From Mobula hypostoma (lineage: Eukaryota): DNA of 64,000 bases. Location of the stretch: assembly GCF_963921235.1 (NCBI RefSeq), contig NC_086097.1, positions 169,696,001-169,760,000 of the forward strand, in the 5' to 3' direction. How positions within the stretch are numbered: position 1 is the stretch's first letter; every line of letters begins with the position of its first letter. The notes under the pieces are model-generated. The model did not search any database. It had not been told where the DNA came from and saw only the letters and a program-made list of their open reading frames with translations. Below are positions 1 to 13,229 of this stretch, one piece after another. A program made the translations under genes and the position numbers.

Positions 1-2369
1 TTGAAAATCCAAGTATACCACATCCACCAGTTCTCCCCTATCCACTCTACTAGTTACATCCTCAAAAAATTCTATGAGATTCGTCAGACATGATTTTCCT
101 TTCACAAATCCATGCTGACTTTGTCCGATCATTTCACTGCTTTCCAAATGTGCTGTTATCACATCCTTGATAACTGACTCCAGCAGTTTCCCCACCACCG
201 ACGTTAGGCTAACCGGTCTATAATTCCCCGGTTTCTCTCTCCCTCCTTTTTTAAAAAGTGGAGTTACATTAGCCACCCTCCAATCCTCAGGAACTAGTCC
301 AGAATCTAATGAGTTTTGAAAAATTATCACTAATGCATCCACTATTTCTTGGGCTACTTCCTTAAGCACTCTGGGATGCAGACCATCTGGCCCTGGGGAT
401 TTATCTGCCTTCAATCCCTTCAATTTACCTAACACCACTTCCCTACTAACATGTATTTCGCTCAGTTCCTCCATTTCACTGGACCCTCTGTCCCCCACTA
501 TTTCTGGAAGATTATTTATGTCCTCCTTAGTGAAGACAGAACCAAAGTAATTATTCAATTGGTCTGCCATGTCCTTGCTCCCCATAATCAATTCACCTGT
601 TTCTGTCTGCAGGGGACCTACATTTGTCTTTACCAGTCTTTTCCTTTTTACATATCTATAAAAGCTTTTACAGTCCGTTTTTATGTTCCCTGCCAGTTTT
701 CTCTCATAATCTTTTTTCCCCTTCCTAATTAAGCCCTTTGTCCTCCTCTGCTGAACTCTGAATTTCTCCCAGTCCTCAGTTGAGCCACTTTCTCTGGCTA
801 ATTTGTATGCTTCTTCTTTGGAATTGATACTATCCCTAATTTCTCTTGTCAGCCACGGGTGCACTACCTTCCTTGATTTATTCTTTTGCCAAACTGGGAT
901 GAACAATTGTTGTAGTTCATCCATGCAACCTTTAAATGCTTGCCATTGCATATCCACCGTCAATCCTTTAAGTGTCATTTGCCAGTCTATCTTAGCTAAT
1001 TCACGTCTCATACCTTCAAAGTTACCCCTCTTTAAGTTCAGAACCTTTGTTTCTGAATTAACTATGTCACTCTCCATCTTAATGAAGAATTCCACCATAT
1101 TATGGTCACTCTTACCCAAGGGGCCTCTCACGACAAGATCACTAATTAACCCTTCCTCATTGCTCAAAACCCAGTCCAGAATAGCCTGCTCTCTAGTTGG
1201 TTCCTCTACATGTTGGTTCAAAAAACTATCCCGCATACATTCCAAGAAATCCTCTTCCTCAGCACCTTTACCAATTTGGTTCACCCAATCTACATGTAGA
1301 TTGAAGTCACCCATTATAACTGCTGTTCCTTTATTGCACTCATTTCTAATTTCCTGTTTAATACCATCTCCGACTTCACTACTACTGTTAGGTGGCCTGT
1401 ACACAACTCCCACCAGCGTCTTCTGCCCCTTAGTGTTACGCAGCTCTACCCATATCGATTCCACATCTTCCCGGCTTATGTCCTTCCTTTCTATTGCGTT
1501 AATCTCTTCTTTAACCAGCAACGCCACCCCACCTCCCCTTCCTTCATGTCTATCCCTCCTGAATATTGAATATCCCTGAACGTTGAGCTCCCATCGCTGG
1601 TCACCCTGGAGCCATGTCTCTGTGATCCCAACTATATCATAATCATTAATAACAATCTGCACTTTCAATTCATCCACCTTATTACGAATGCTCCTTGCAT
1701 TGACACACAAAGCCTTCAGGCTTGCTTTTACAACTCTCTTAGCCCTTATACAATTATGTTGAAAAGTGGCCCTTTTTAATGCTTGCCCTGGATTTGTCGG
1801 CCTGCCACTTTTACTTTTCTCCTTTGTACTTTTTGCTTCTACCCTCACTTTACACCCCTCTGTCTCTCTGCACTGGTTCCCATCCCCCTGTTGTGAACTA
1901 ACCTCCTCACGCCTAGCCTCTTTAATTTGATTCCCACCCCCCAACCATTCTAGTTTAAAGTCACCTCAGTAGCCCCCACTAATCTCCCTGCCAGGATATT
2001 GGTCCCCCTAGGATTCAAGTGTAACCCGTCCTTTTTGTACAGGTCACGCCTGCGCCAAAAGAGGTCCCAATGATCCAAAAACTTGAATCCCTGCCCCCTG
2101 CTCCAATCCCTCAGCCACACATTTATCCTCCACCTCATCGCATTCCTCCTCTCACTGTCGCGTGGCACAGGCAGTAATCCCGAGATTACTACCTTTGCGG
2201 TCCTTTTTCTCAACTCCCTTACTAGCTCCCTATATTCTCCTTTCAGGACCTCATCCCTTTTCCTACCTATGTCATTGGTACCTATATGTACCACGACCTC
2301 TGGCTCCTCACCCTCCCACTTCAGGATATCTTGGACACGATCAGAAATATCCCGGACCCTGGCACCAGG
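1..2369 (-). mobile_element. CR1-clade LINE, 5'-truncated, young; ORF1 C-terminus (SGNH esterase-like) plus ORF2 (APE endonuclease to start of RT) running off the window edge
   Basis: ORF 1950-2372 has VVVHIGTNDIG and DGLHLN motifs of the CR1 ORF1 esterase domain. The minus strand near 1720 reads LKALCVNARSIRNKVDEL...VGITETWL (APE endonuclease) and positions 60-1 read DVTSRVDRGELVDVVYLDFQ (RT), both in the same frame. Confidence 0.93.
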
Positions 2370-2667
2370 CAAACTACAATCCGGTAGTTATTCAAGGCTG
2401 AGAGATGACAACAGCCTAATCTGACAGTTGACAGGAAGGGATGCCTTTCCCTTCCTCTGGATCCTCAGAAACATTAGTTCAAATCTAAAAACAATTTGAT
2501 GAGGTCACCCTTCCCCAATTGCCCCTCCTGCCCTCTTGCTCAGAAGTCTTAGATTTTTTAGGTGAAATTGCATTGGCTAGTAGCATTGAAAATTGCAAGG
2601 GAATATGACTGATGGGATTGCTCTGCTCGGAGTCAGCGTGGACCTATGGGCTGAGTGGCCTCATTCT

Positions 2668-2760
2668 GTGTCCTGCTGAAGGGTTTCGGCCCGAAACATT
2701 GCCTGGTCTGTTGAGATCCTCCAGCATTTTGTGCGTGTTGCTTGGATTTCTCATGTTTGT
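2668..2760 (+). repeat. Penelope-derived short repeat with variant hammerhead core (CTGCTGA...GAAA)
   Basis: gtcctgctgaagggtttcggcccgaaac followed by cctccagcattttgtgcgtgttgcttggatttc, matching the family copies at 21485, 45681 and 54336. Confidence 0.7.
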
Positions 2761-3809
2761 CATTCTGTGTTTTGTTAGTGAACATCTTAGTTTCAAAACT
2801 ACCAAAGAATTAAACGAAAAATAAATCTGTAATTGATGAGTTTTCCAATGTGTTTATGAACAGAGTGGTTGCTAGCAGTTTGCATCTGATATTTGAGATA
2901 TACTATCCCTTCTTTTTCTATAGAACATGTTAGCAAATCCAACATTTGATAAAATATAAGCAGAAACAGCTTTTTCCCCTCTGACATCAGATTTCAAGAA
3001 CTGATGAACACAGCCTCGTTATTTCTTTTTATTGCACTATTTTGTAATTTTATATTTTTATACTATACTGCTGCCCCAGAACAATGAATTCATATTGTAC
3101 GTGTTAGTGATAGAATATCTGATTTTGGTTTTTATTCAGCATTGGAACAGACCCTTTGGATCACCTTGTCTTTGACGCCTAAAGACCCTTTAAATCTTTG
3201 ATGATGATCAGCTGCCTCTTTGAACCATTGTAGTGAAGGTAATCCCACTGTAGGGAGACTCAGATTTTGACTCATCAAGGTTGAATCAGGATCTAAGTTG
3301 CATACCAGATCAGAATGTTGTATGATTTGGTGGTGTGCCACAAAAATGGTGGAGAGGCTTTGTGCTTCCAACTCTTCTCCTTCCAAGAGATCATGGCTTT
3401 GGAATGTGAAGCTATGGGAAGTTGTTGCAGTGCATTTGTCAATGATGCATATTGGTGTTTGAATGAGGTACCAATCAAATGGGCTGCTTTACCATTACCT
3501 TCTTGAATGTAATTGGAGTTGTACCCATCTGGAGACATGGAGATTCATTATCTTCCTGTCTTGGGCCTTGAGGTGGTAGAGGGAGAGTCAGGAGCCAAGT
3601 TCTTAGGTTGGTTAAGTTTCTAGTCAGTAATGACATCAGGGTGTAGATTGTACCCTCTTGTTGGAAATGGTCATTGCTTGGCATTAAAATGACAGTAACA
3701 TTTGCATCATACAACAGCTTATACCTGAACCTTGTTCAGGATGCACTGCAGTGTAGAACTCTTGTTTTTAACTTGATGTGGATGAGATTCTGAGCTAAAG
3801 AGAACTGGT

Positions 3810-4312
3810 GCAACTTCACATCCCTTCCATGTTCAAGGGCATTGGAAACGCCTATATGGAACACTGTCGTAGGAAAACAGTATCTGTCATCAGGGACCCC
3901 CACCACTCAGGACATGCTCCCTTTTTGTTGCTGCCAATAGGAAGAAAATTCAAGAGCCTCAGGACTCAAACCACCAGGTTCAGGAACGGTTACTACCCTT
4001 CAACTATTAGGCTCTTGAACCAAAGGGGATATTTTCACTTGCCCCATCATTGAAATGTTCCCACAACCAATGGGCTCACTTTCAAGGACTCTTCACCTCA
4101 TGTTCTTTTATTTAATGCTTATTTATTATTTCTTTGTTCTTGTATTTGCAGAGTTTGTTCTCTTCTGTCCTTTGATTGAACACTCATGTTGGGTGGTCTT
4201 TCATGAATTCTGTTATGGTTATTATTCATTAGATTTGAGTATGCCCACAAGAAAATGAATCTTAGAGTTGTATATGGTGACATATATGTACTTTGATAAA
4301 ATTACTTTGAAC
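3810..4312 (+). mobile_element. Rex1/Babar-like LINE 3' fragment
   Basis: Translation IRDPHHSGHAPFLLLPIGRKFKSLRTQTTRFRNGYYP resembles the Rex1/Babar ORF C-terminus. The tail ...tactttgataaaattactttgaac recurs at 31080-31115 and, inverted, at 40330. Confidence 0.75.
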
Positions 4313-6214
4313 ATTCCTCAAAAGTCAACATAGATGGTTAGATTTTATTTAGAGCGGAGTTTGCATTTCAATGCATGTAGATTATGTTAAAATACACACT
4401 TCTTTACAACAGTAATCTTCAACAGAATGAGCAGATGAATAAATAGATCACACTTTCCACAAGCCGTTCAGGCCATGTCAAAGCCATTTTGAAAGTCTGC
4501 ATATTTCTATGATGTAATGAAGATATAATGAAGACAAACCAGAATTTGAATGTTTTGGCAACTGATTAGTGACAATCAATTCTTGCACTTCTCACAGAAA
4601 TTGTTTTTGGCAGTGTTAGGATGTGTCTTATACCACATAATACATGTTTATTTCTATTAAAGTGGAATAGTGTTCTTTTTAAAACAATCATTGGTACAGA
4701 TAAACTTAATTGTTTGATTGTAAAATGAGGTGTATCAGATATGTTTGGACAGACTACAAAGACTTGTTTGAATAATTAACATGAAGATCATGCAATTATT
4801 TAAACTTTTAGAAAATGTCAGTTTTTGGGATCACTGGAAACTCTACATTTATTACCCATCCCCAATTGATAAGGAAAAGGTGGTGGTGATCCATTTTCCA
4901 TCATTGCCTGGTGACATTGGCTAGGGAGTTCCAGAATGTATTGACAGTGAAGGACTGACAGTTCCAAACTCACAAAGTGTCAACTTGGATGGGAATCTGC
5001 AGATAGTGGTGTTCCCAGGTGTCTTAGTACCCTTGACCTTCTTGGTGGTTGAGTTTGTGGGTTTTGGAGGAACTGTTGGAATAACTGATTGCTTTTGATT
5101 GCTGGTACAAACTGTATTCACTTTGCACTGACATTGGAGTGAATGAGTATCTCATGTGGATAATAGAAGGGCTAATTAAACAGGCAGCTTTATCCTGGTG
5201 TTGAGCTGCTTCCGAGTTGTTGAATCTGGTATTCATGCAGGCAAGGAGAAAGTATGTCATCACATTGGAGACTTATGCCTTGCAGATAGTGGGAAGGCTT
5301 GGGGTGCCTAGAGGTGAACCATTCACACGAGATAGGAAGCCTCTGATCTGCTCCTCTCGCCATCATATTGATAGAGCTGGTCCAGTTGAGGTTCTGGTGA
5401 ATGGTGACCCCGCCAATTTATTGATGCTGGGTGAGGGGACTCAGTGATAGTAAAGCAATTAAAGATCAAAGGGAGGTGATTAGATATTCCCTTACTAGAG
5501 AAAGGCATCTTCCAAAACATTTTATGATAAATGTCACTTGCCACTTCTCAGCCTATTATTGGAAGCAAGCTGGGTATTAGTGCATGCAGACATGAACTAC
5601 ATCATTTGCTTAGGAGTTGTAAATGTAATAAAACATAGAGCAAGCAGTCCCACTTCCAACCTTATGATGAAAGGAGAGTCACTAGTGAAGCAGCTTCAAG
5701 ATGATTAGCCCAAGGGCACTGCCCTTAGGATCTTATATAATAGGCTGAGACTAGGAAAACGGACCAGGAACAATCAAAACTTCACTTCTTCTTGTCAGCT
5801 ATAACCTAATCACTGGAGACAGAGTTACGCTTAATGTTCATTGACTAATTTTTGGTAGTGTTGTAATGACAAGGGCAATTACTTTTACCTCAGCTAATCA
5901 GATCATGATATTTAAATTCCTTAGCTATGTTTGGACCAAAGCTCTGATGACAGATGGAGAGTGATCCTAGCAAAATGCAAACTGAGATCTATGAGCAGGT
6001 TACTTCTAAGTGCCTAACAAGCATCTGCAGATGCTGAAAATCTGAAATAATAACTTAAACTGTTAGAAACACTCAGCATGCTAGAAATATTACTTCTGCA
6101 TCTGTCCACAGATGTTGCCTGACCTGCTGAGTGTCTCTGGCCTTTCATATTTACATAACTATTTGCTGCTGGGTAGCACTGATATACTGCACTTCATATT
6201 ACAAGTGTTTGCAT

Positions 6215-6220
6215 TTTATT
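6215..6220 (-). promoter_or_regulatory. Candidate polyadenylation signal (AATAAA) for the FAM210A-like gene
   Basis: tttatt on the plus strand about 390 nt past the stop codon. Use is unverified. Confidence 0.3.
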
Positions 6221-6609
6221 TAGCTTGAAGGTGTCACAATACACAAAGTTTCAGCTGACACATATGATATTCAGTGACTAAAACTCAAGTCTTGAAATAT
6301 TTACTGTAAACCATTCTTTTTATAACCACTACAAAGCTCAGGAGTTTTGTTTACACCACTGAATGTAGGACTATTTGTTGAACCATTTGGCAACTTTTCC
6401 ACATAAGTTATTTAAAAAAAACAAGAATCGCACTGCCGAAAATTACTCGACTATTTGGAAATAGTTTCAGAAATACCATTGGCATTCTTCAATAGCAGCA
6501 GTTTTCAGAGTTTGTCACAAAATATAGAGCATTTTTACTTTACAGGAGATGATGGAAGTTCTTAGATTATTTAATACAATTAAAAGTTTTTAGTGTGTCC
6601 TCCACATTT

Positions 6610-6843
6610 TTATTCTTTTTTCTTCCTGAAAGAGACCATGTCTTTGGTTTCCTGGATTTTCTCGGATAGCAGTTCCTTTGTTTCTTCCATTTTTTCAGAG
6701 AATCGCTCTCTGGTTTCCTCCATTCTGTCCTGTATATAAACCCTCATCGGAGGTGGTGTCGACAAGTAACCATGAGAGCGAAGATATTTAACTGCGAGGG
6801 AGGTTCCTCCCAGGGTCACTGTGTACCTAGCTGGTGTGGCAAG
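6610..6843 (-). CDS. FAM210A: FAM210A-like, last coding exon (LATPARYTVTLGGTS...coiled-coil C-terminus, stop)
   Basis: Acceptor ttttctgtttcatag|CTT at 6844/6843. Translation LATPARYTVTLGGTSLAVKYLRSHGYLSTPPP...RMEETRERFSEKMEETKELLSEKIQETKDMVSFRKKKE* closely matches the FAM210A C-terminus. Confidence 0.95.
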   Translation of the reverse strand, partial: LATPARYTVTLGGTSLAVKYLRSHGYLSTPPPMRVYIQDRMEETRERFSEKMEETKELLSEKIQETKDMVSFRKKKE

Positions 6844-7485
6844 CTATGAAACAGAAAAGTACAAGTATTTAGTTTGAAGAATGATAAAAATTATAATGTA
6901 AGATATCATCGCAGCCTCTATACCCAAGGAATGCTGCTTTCACTGTCAACTGATCTACAATGTAGTAATGTTTGTTAAGATACCCACTACTCCCATTAAG
7001 CACTCTCAGAATTGTTCTCCAAGTCAAGGTTATTGTCACACAAACAAGGTCATGTATGTAGAGCTGCAGTTAAAAACCTACTTGCAGCAGCGTCACAGAA
7101 ACGTACCAGATACACAACATTCACAAGAAAAACAAATTGTACACAATTTTTAAAAGAGAGAACACAATTAGAGCAGAAGTTGTCCATTGCAGTATACAAA
7201 GTGATCAAAATATTGCTATACTGAGGTAGTGATTAGGAAAGGCAGGATGGGTTAGGGATCTCTAAGGCCATTGAAAACATCTTCAAAAGGAGGTACCTCA
7301 AGCAGGTTGCAGCTGTCAATAAGGACCGGCACCATCCAGGACATCAGGGAAAAGGTACAGGAGTCTGGAGACATACCCCCAACATTTCAGAAAGAGCTAT
7401 TTCTCCTCCACCATCAGATTTCTGAATGGTCCATGAACACTATCTCACTGGTTTGCTCTCTTTTTGTACTTTTTAACAATATATA

Positions 7486-8616
7486 CAGTGGATTCTGGTT
7501 AATTGGGACGCATCAGGAGCAGTACATTTTGAACCAATTAAGCGGCTATTCATGGAAATAGTTAAAAAGGTATAAAAAGAAACTACTGTTTAACTAAGTA
7601 ACACATGAATGAAATACATATTAGAACACTACCAATGCTACTATAGCACCATAAAACTATATTGCACCTAATAGTTTTCCACGGAGAAATCCATCTTGTG
7701 TACACTGCCGTGTATGGGGTGTCCATGGAGGGGGTATCGCCTCTAGTGAATGGGCTTGTGTTCATTCTGGGGCAGCTCACTCACCTTTGGTCCAGCCCAC
7801 TTGAGGCTCTCAGTAGCTACTTGCAGCCAACAGCGACCACGTACCGGTACACACTTTGAGAGGCAGGCTAAACCAAGTGAGGGTAGCCGGTGGGTCTCAT
7901 ATGCTGGTGAGATAGAGACATGCCTGTCCTAACATATGAAGTCAGATCAGACAGACTGGACAGATAAGATAACAGTGAGATCCAACGGCCAAGATGGCAG
8001 TTCTGCAATGCTTCATAGAGAGTAAAATCATGATTAGGCACAGAAGTTGTCATGGTTGTCCACTACAAACTTGGAAGACTCCAGTTGTGATGACTACTCA
8101 TACTACTGGATCTGGACATCCAAAGTCAAGACAGTGGACTGTCCCAGTGCATCAGCTTTTCCACTTTAAAAACTCTCCCACCCAGGTTTCACTGTCATTG
8201 TCATTGGCTGGTTTAGGTAGTGAAATCATTTCATTTTTACTTCTGGCTATTTCTGGCATCCCCAAGCCTGAATGCTTAAACCTGCAGCGAGCAAAACAGT
8301 TTGGAATTGTCTTAATGCTTATTTCTTGTCAACTATTAGTGATAAAAGTCATTGCTTTTTGAACACAAACACGTGTAACTGTCACTATTTAAATATTGTT
8401 CGCTCTAAGCATGGTGCAGTGTCTAATAGCCATACTTGTTCAGACGACTGACGCTAGTTGGAAACTATTCGGTAACCTGTCCCAATTAAGTGGCATATTT
8501 TCCCAAATAAATGAAGGGAATCCAAGTCTTTTTCCTGACGAGTTCTTGTTCTGAAATTTGTCCCAGATAAGTGGCTGCCCTGGTCAACTGATGGACCAAT
8601 TAACCAGAATCCACTG
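7486..8616. mobile_element. Non-autonomous Tc1/mariner-superfamily (pogo/Tigger-like) element with 21-bp perfect TIRs and TA duplication
   Basis: TA|CAGTGGATTCTGGTTAATTGG at 7486 and CCAATTAACCAGAATCCACTG|TA ending at 8616. The flanks join into one Rex-like 3' tail. Confidence 0.88.
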
Positions 8617-8729
8617 TATTTCTTACTATAATGTGTAATTTTTATGTATTGCACTGTACTGATACTGCAAAACAGTACGTCAATGAAAATAGATGAGACT
8701 GATTTTGATCTTGAGAAGATATTATCAAA

Positions 8730-9016
8730 GGGGTGCCATAGTAGCACAGTGTTTAGCGCAATGCTATTACAGCTTGAGGCATCAGTCTAAAGTTCAAATC
8801 CAGCACTGTTTGTAAAGAGTTTGTTCTTCCCGTGAACAGGTGGGCTTCCTCTGAGTTCTCCAGGTTCCTCCCACATTTCAAAGACATACCGGTTAGTAGG
8901 CTAATTAGTCATTGTAAATTGCCTTATGATTAGGCTAAGGTTAAATAGGCGGGTTGCTGGGTCGTATGGCTCCTTAGCCTGGAAGGGCCTATTCCATGCT
9001 GTATCTCTAAAAAAAG
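8730..9016 (+). mobile_element. tRNA-derived SINE (V-SINE/HE1-like)
   Basis: A-box-like tagcacagtg and B-box-like gttcaaatcc, central ttcctcccacatttcaaagac...ggttagtaggctaatt...tgtaaattgcc, CR1-like 3' end and short A tail. Confidence 0.75.
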
Positions 9017-11082
9017 AGGATCTTTTTCCCTACAAAAACAATTTGGCAACAAAAACAGACAACCTTATCAGCCAAATGACAATGTACTTTAATAAACAGA
9101 TTCATTACTGAGGAAGGTACCTGTACTTATAAATTCTAACCTCTGGAGAATTGGTTAGCTGTTGTGTGCACCCTGGGGCACTTTGGATTTAAACAGTATT
9201 TTAATGGGCCTATTGCACTATGGCAGACATGGGTCAATGAACAGATGTAGTAATGTCAACCTCAAGCTGGAAGTTGGTCTGTGATACACAAAAGAGTGGA
9301 AGGTTACAGGGAGAGGGGAATCACGGTTGGGAAAAGTGTAAGGCAACGGGGGGGGGGAGTGGGAAGCATTAGGGAGATACTCTGTAATGATCAATAAACC
9401 AATTGTTTGCAATCAAATGACCTTGCCTAGTGTCTCAGGGCTGGCTGGCATCCTCACCACGTCCACTCTGGCACTCCTTCTCTGCTACCTGTCCCACACT
9501 CCTCCCACAGCATTCCACTCTCACCATTCCCAATATCCCTTGCTCCCACTGGATATACAACTCACTTTCCACTCCACGTTGCCGAATACAGTACTGTGCA
9601 GAAGTCTTAGGCGCCCTAGCTCTATACATGTGCCGAAGACTTTTGCACCCCCTGTAGTTACATGGGCAAGAGAGATTTAGAGAGCTCTGGATCAAATGTA
9701 AGCAGATGGGACTAGACTGACGGACAACACATGGAAGAGTTGGACTGAAGAGCCTACTTCTATGTTGTATGACTCTGATTCTGGTCCCAGATTTATCACA
9801 ATCTGGTTGCCCTTCTCTGCACTGGATTTTGAAACTGAGAATCTCTGATACTCTTTGATGTTTTTGTTTCTTCATTTTTCTTCCACAATCTGATATTTTA
9901 CATTCAATACTCCCAAATACGATGTTATTTATCTCCTTGGTCACTTAAAAAACAAATTGTTGGTCCTTTCCAACAATACACCTGCTGCAATTATACAGGG
10001 TGCTGGTGAAACCACACCCATTTTTATCTCCTTAGTTAAGAGTACACTGTCCTGTAGGGAGTTCAGAACAGGTCCACCAAATTGGTTCCTGAATGGAAGG
10101 GCTTCTCTACGAGGAAAGATCCACCAGGCTAATCTCTACCCATCACAGTGACAGATAATGTAACTGAAACCAAATGAAATTCAGAGGGTTGATTCCCCTG
10201 GAGAGATTATATGGAATTAAAAAGGGAGTTTCATTCATTTAAAACAACGATGAGGAAGAATCTCATCTCAGAGGATCATGGATCTTTGACATTCTCTGCT
10301 GCAATGAACTGCCAGGAGAAGTGGTCAAGGCAGATAAAAGTAACGCTTAGAATACAGTTAGACAGGGACAGGGATAGGAAAGATTTAGAGGGATATGGGC
10401 CAAATACAGGCAAATGGGACTAGCTTAGGTGGATACCTTGATCAACATGGATGAGTTGGGCTGAGGGGCATATTTTCATGCAGCATTGCTGTAGGACTAA
10501 ATATATGTAAGGTTGATATTGACAGTTTGGTTCACAAGGGAGTCTTGGATTCTGAGGAACAAGCAAGAACTTGGGGCCAAGGTCCAGTTCAGATCAGCCA
10601 TAATTAACAGCAGAGCAGACATAAGAGATGATTTAGGTCTTCCTGCTTCTGCTTATGTTCTTGCACGAGATGTAACATCCCCAGAGAAGGCTGAACAAAT
10701 TAGGAATGGACTAATATCTCTTAATATGAAAGATTTGACAAAAAAAACTCTTTTTTGACAAGAATTTATGGCCACAGAAATTATATACATTAATAAATCC
10801 ATGCAAGAATTCAAAATAAATTTGCTTACCCTTGATATATACAAAGGAACTGAGGTGAATAACTTAGAGGCTTTTAGGAAATATCTGAACAAGACCAGGA
10901 GATTCAAACTCACAAAAACAATGGATCAATGGGAGCGACTGTTAACTTCCAATAGTCCCATGGTGAAGCTGGTACCTGTACCTGGTTACTTTGGGCTTGA
11001 CTCCTAATTAAAATCACATTATAACCAATTCAACCTGAATAACATAGATAGTGTATATCCTAACTCAATCACTTTATATTGA

Positions 11083-11221
11083 CGCAAACACAAGGACATC
11101 TGCAGATGCTGGAAATTAAAGCAACACACATCAAAGTTGCTGGTCGGCCCAAAATGTTGACTGTACCTCTTCCTAGAGATGCTGCCTGGCCTGCTGTGCT
11201 CACCAGCAACTTTGATGTGTG
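11083..11221. mobile_element. Fold-back Penelope-derived mini element with 14-bp TSD
   Basis: TSD tcactttatattga at 11069-11082 and 11222-11235. Internal inverted arms acacacatcaaagttgctggt / accagcaactttgatgtgtgt. Confidence 0.85.
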
Positions 11222-11306
11222 TCACTTTATATTGAATTTGTATTATAGTTTAGCAGAACCACCTGTATAATAATGGAAACACTGATCAAGGCAACACCTT
11301 ACTCAC

Positions 11307-11418
11307 CTTATACAATGCATAAGCAGTGAGTGCATTTCCACCTGTAGAATGGTTCAAAATTTGTATTATTCCTTTAGGTGCTCCTATATACTCAAGAAAT
11401 GGGACCACGTTAACACCT
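11307..11418 (-). CDS. FAM210A: FAM210A-like, middle coding exon (112 nt)
   Basis: Acceptor ttttactttcag|A, donor AAG|gtgagt. Reads (K)GVNVVPFLEYIGAPKGIIQILNHSTGGNALTAYALYK, and the phases fit both neighbouring exons. Not present in the ORF track. Confidence 0.95.
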
Positions 11419-13229
11419 CTGAAAGTAAAATGAAAATCAGCATTTAGTGTTTTATCAAAAGCTGTTTTACCAATGCTTTCACTAATTTGGATTGGAAGGT
11501 TCTGGATTTTACTTTTACTATAATTATGTATGAGTCAAAAAAAACTTAATTAAGGCAACTGCTTAAATTTTTAGTTTCTACAGCAATTTACAACTAAGAT
11601 ACTGATGCCAATAAATAACACCCATGCATTGCAAGTCTTGCACTGATGCCTCAGGTTGAACGTTACAGAAATTTAAGAGAAAATTTTGTCCTAGTTAGGA
11701 AACTGGCTGAGTCTATAAAAATGGATAATGGTAGGTTCTCAAACTGGCTTTTAATGGCTTCTCACAAAGATGTGTTTGAGGTCTTGTCTATTAACTGTAT
11801 TTATAAACAATTCACACATCGGGCTCAAAAGTCAGGGAACTGTTTTCTGATGACACAACAGGCGAATAGATGGAAGCACTAAATTACAAGGAGAGAGGAT
11901 CATATCAAGTGGACAGATGAAAATGTAGCAAATGCAATACATACAACCAAGGTTAACAAGACAACCATATTTTGCAAATGCTGAAAAACAAAGCAAATAA
12001 AGCTCTAAAAAAAACACAACTTGGGATTCCTTCATATGGATCATTAAACCTTCATGGACACAGAAATAATCTACAAATCTTATTAATCCTTTTTAATACA
12101 TCAAGCGAAGCAGGATATAATCAGAGTACAGGTTTGGCTACAGTAATAAAAGAATAAATTAGCCATATTGGGAACACACTTTAAGATACTGACCTTGAAA
12201 GGTATGCAGAAAAGATTGCCAATAAAGAGATTATGCAAAGAAAGGGTTGTATTCCCTGGAATTTAAGGAGTCATGGGGCGACGATTCAAGTTTACAGGAA
12301 CTGGACACAAAACTTCAACTATCCCTTTGCCTCCACAGGTGCTGCCATTCTTGCTGAGTTCCTCCAGCAACCTGGGTTTTTGCTCCAGATTCTAACATCT
12401 GCAGTCTCACGTCTAATGGTCCTTTAAACTGGTAAATCCTGAGAAATTGATCATCTGCACCTGAGATTTGTAAGAGATGGCTATAGAGATAGTGAACACT
12501 TTGGTTATCATCTTTCAGATTAGAGAGGGAGCAGATATAACTAAACCGTTTAAGAAAAGAACAGAGAAAAGATGGTATTACTCTGCTTGTTCTTATAATT
12601 GTTAGATGAGCAACTTTGGACTACATGAATGAAGGATATAACACGAAGACACTTTGAAAAGAAAATGATTGAGTAGAGTCAATCCAGATTTATAAAAGGG
12701 AAAATGCTAGTTGACTATTTGAAGACTGAGTCACGGAGGATGGAATCAGGCTCTTTGGTTCTATGTTAGGCCCATAGCCCTCTAAATCTCTCCTGTCTAG
12801 ATGGCTTTTAAATCAAAGTCAAAGAAAAATTTATCATCTCAAGTACACAATTACCATATACTACATTGAGATTCATTTTCTTGCAGGAATTTACAAGAAA
12901 ATAAATACAATAAAATTTATGAAAAACTCTACATAAACAAAGACTAAATCAACGTGCAAAAGATAACAAATTGTGCAAATAAACAAAAAGAACGTGAATT
13001 GTAAGAAGTCCTTGAAAGTGAGTCTGTAGGTTGTAAAATCAGTTCAGAATTGTGGTGACTGAAGTTAGTCATGTCGGTTCAATAGCCTGATAGTTGTAGG
13101 GTAATAACTGTTCCTCAAACTTGGGAGCTTTCCGGTGGTCCAATCGGATCGACAGAGGAGGCTCCACATAAGTAAGGCTGAACGATTTAAAAAGTATCAT
13201 TCACGGGCTTTTGGCTTTTTCTGGTGACC

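Noticed and set aside
803..1579. 258-aa plus-strand ORF
   Set aside because: Antisense shadow of the CR1 ORF2 on the minus strand. Ser/Leu-rich with no independent domain.
9435..9944. 169-aa minus-strand ORF
   Set aside because: No recognisable domain or splice support, and it overlaps a small CR1 3' remnant.
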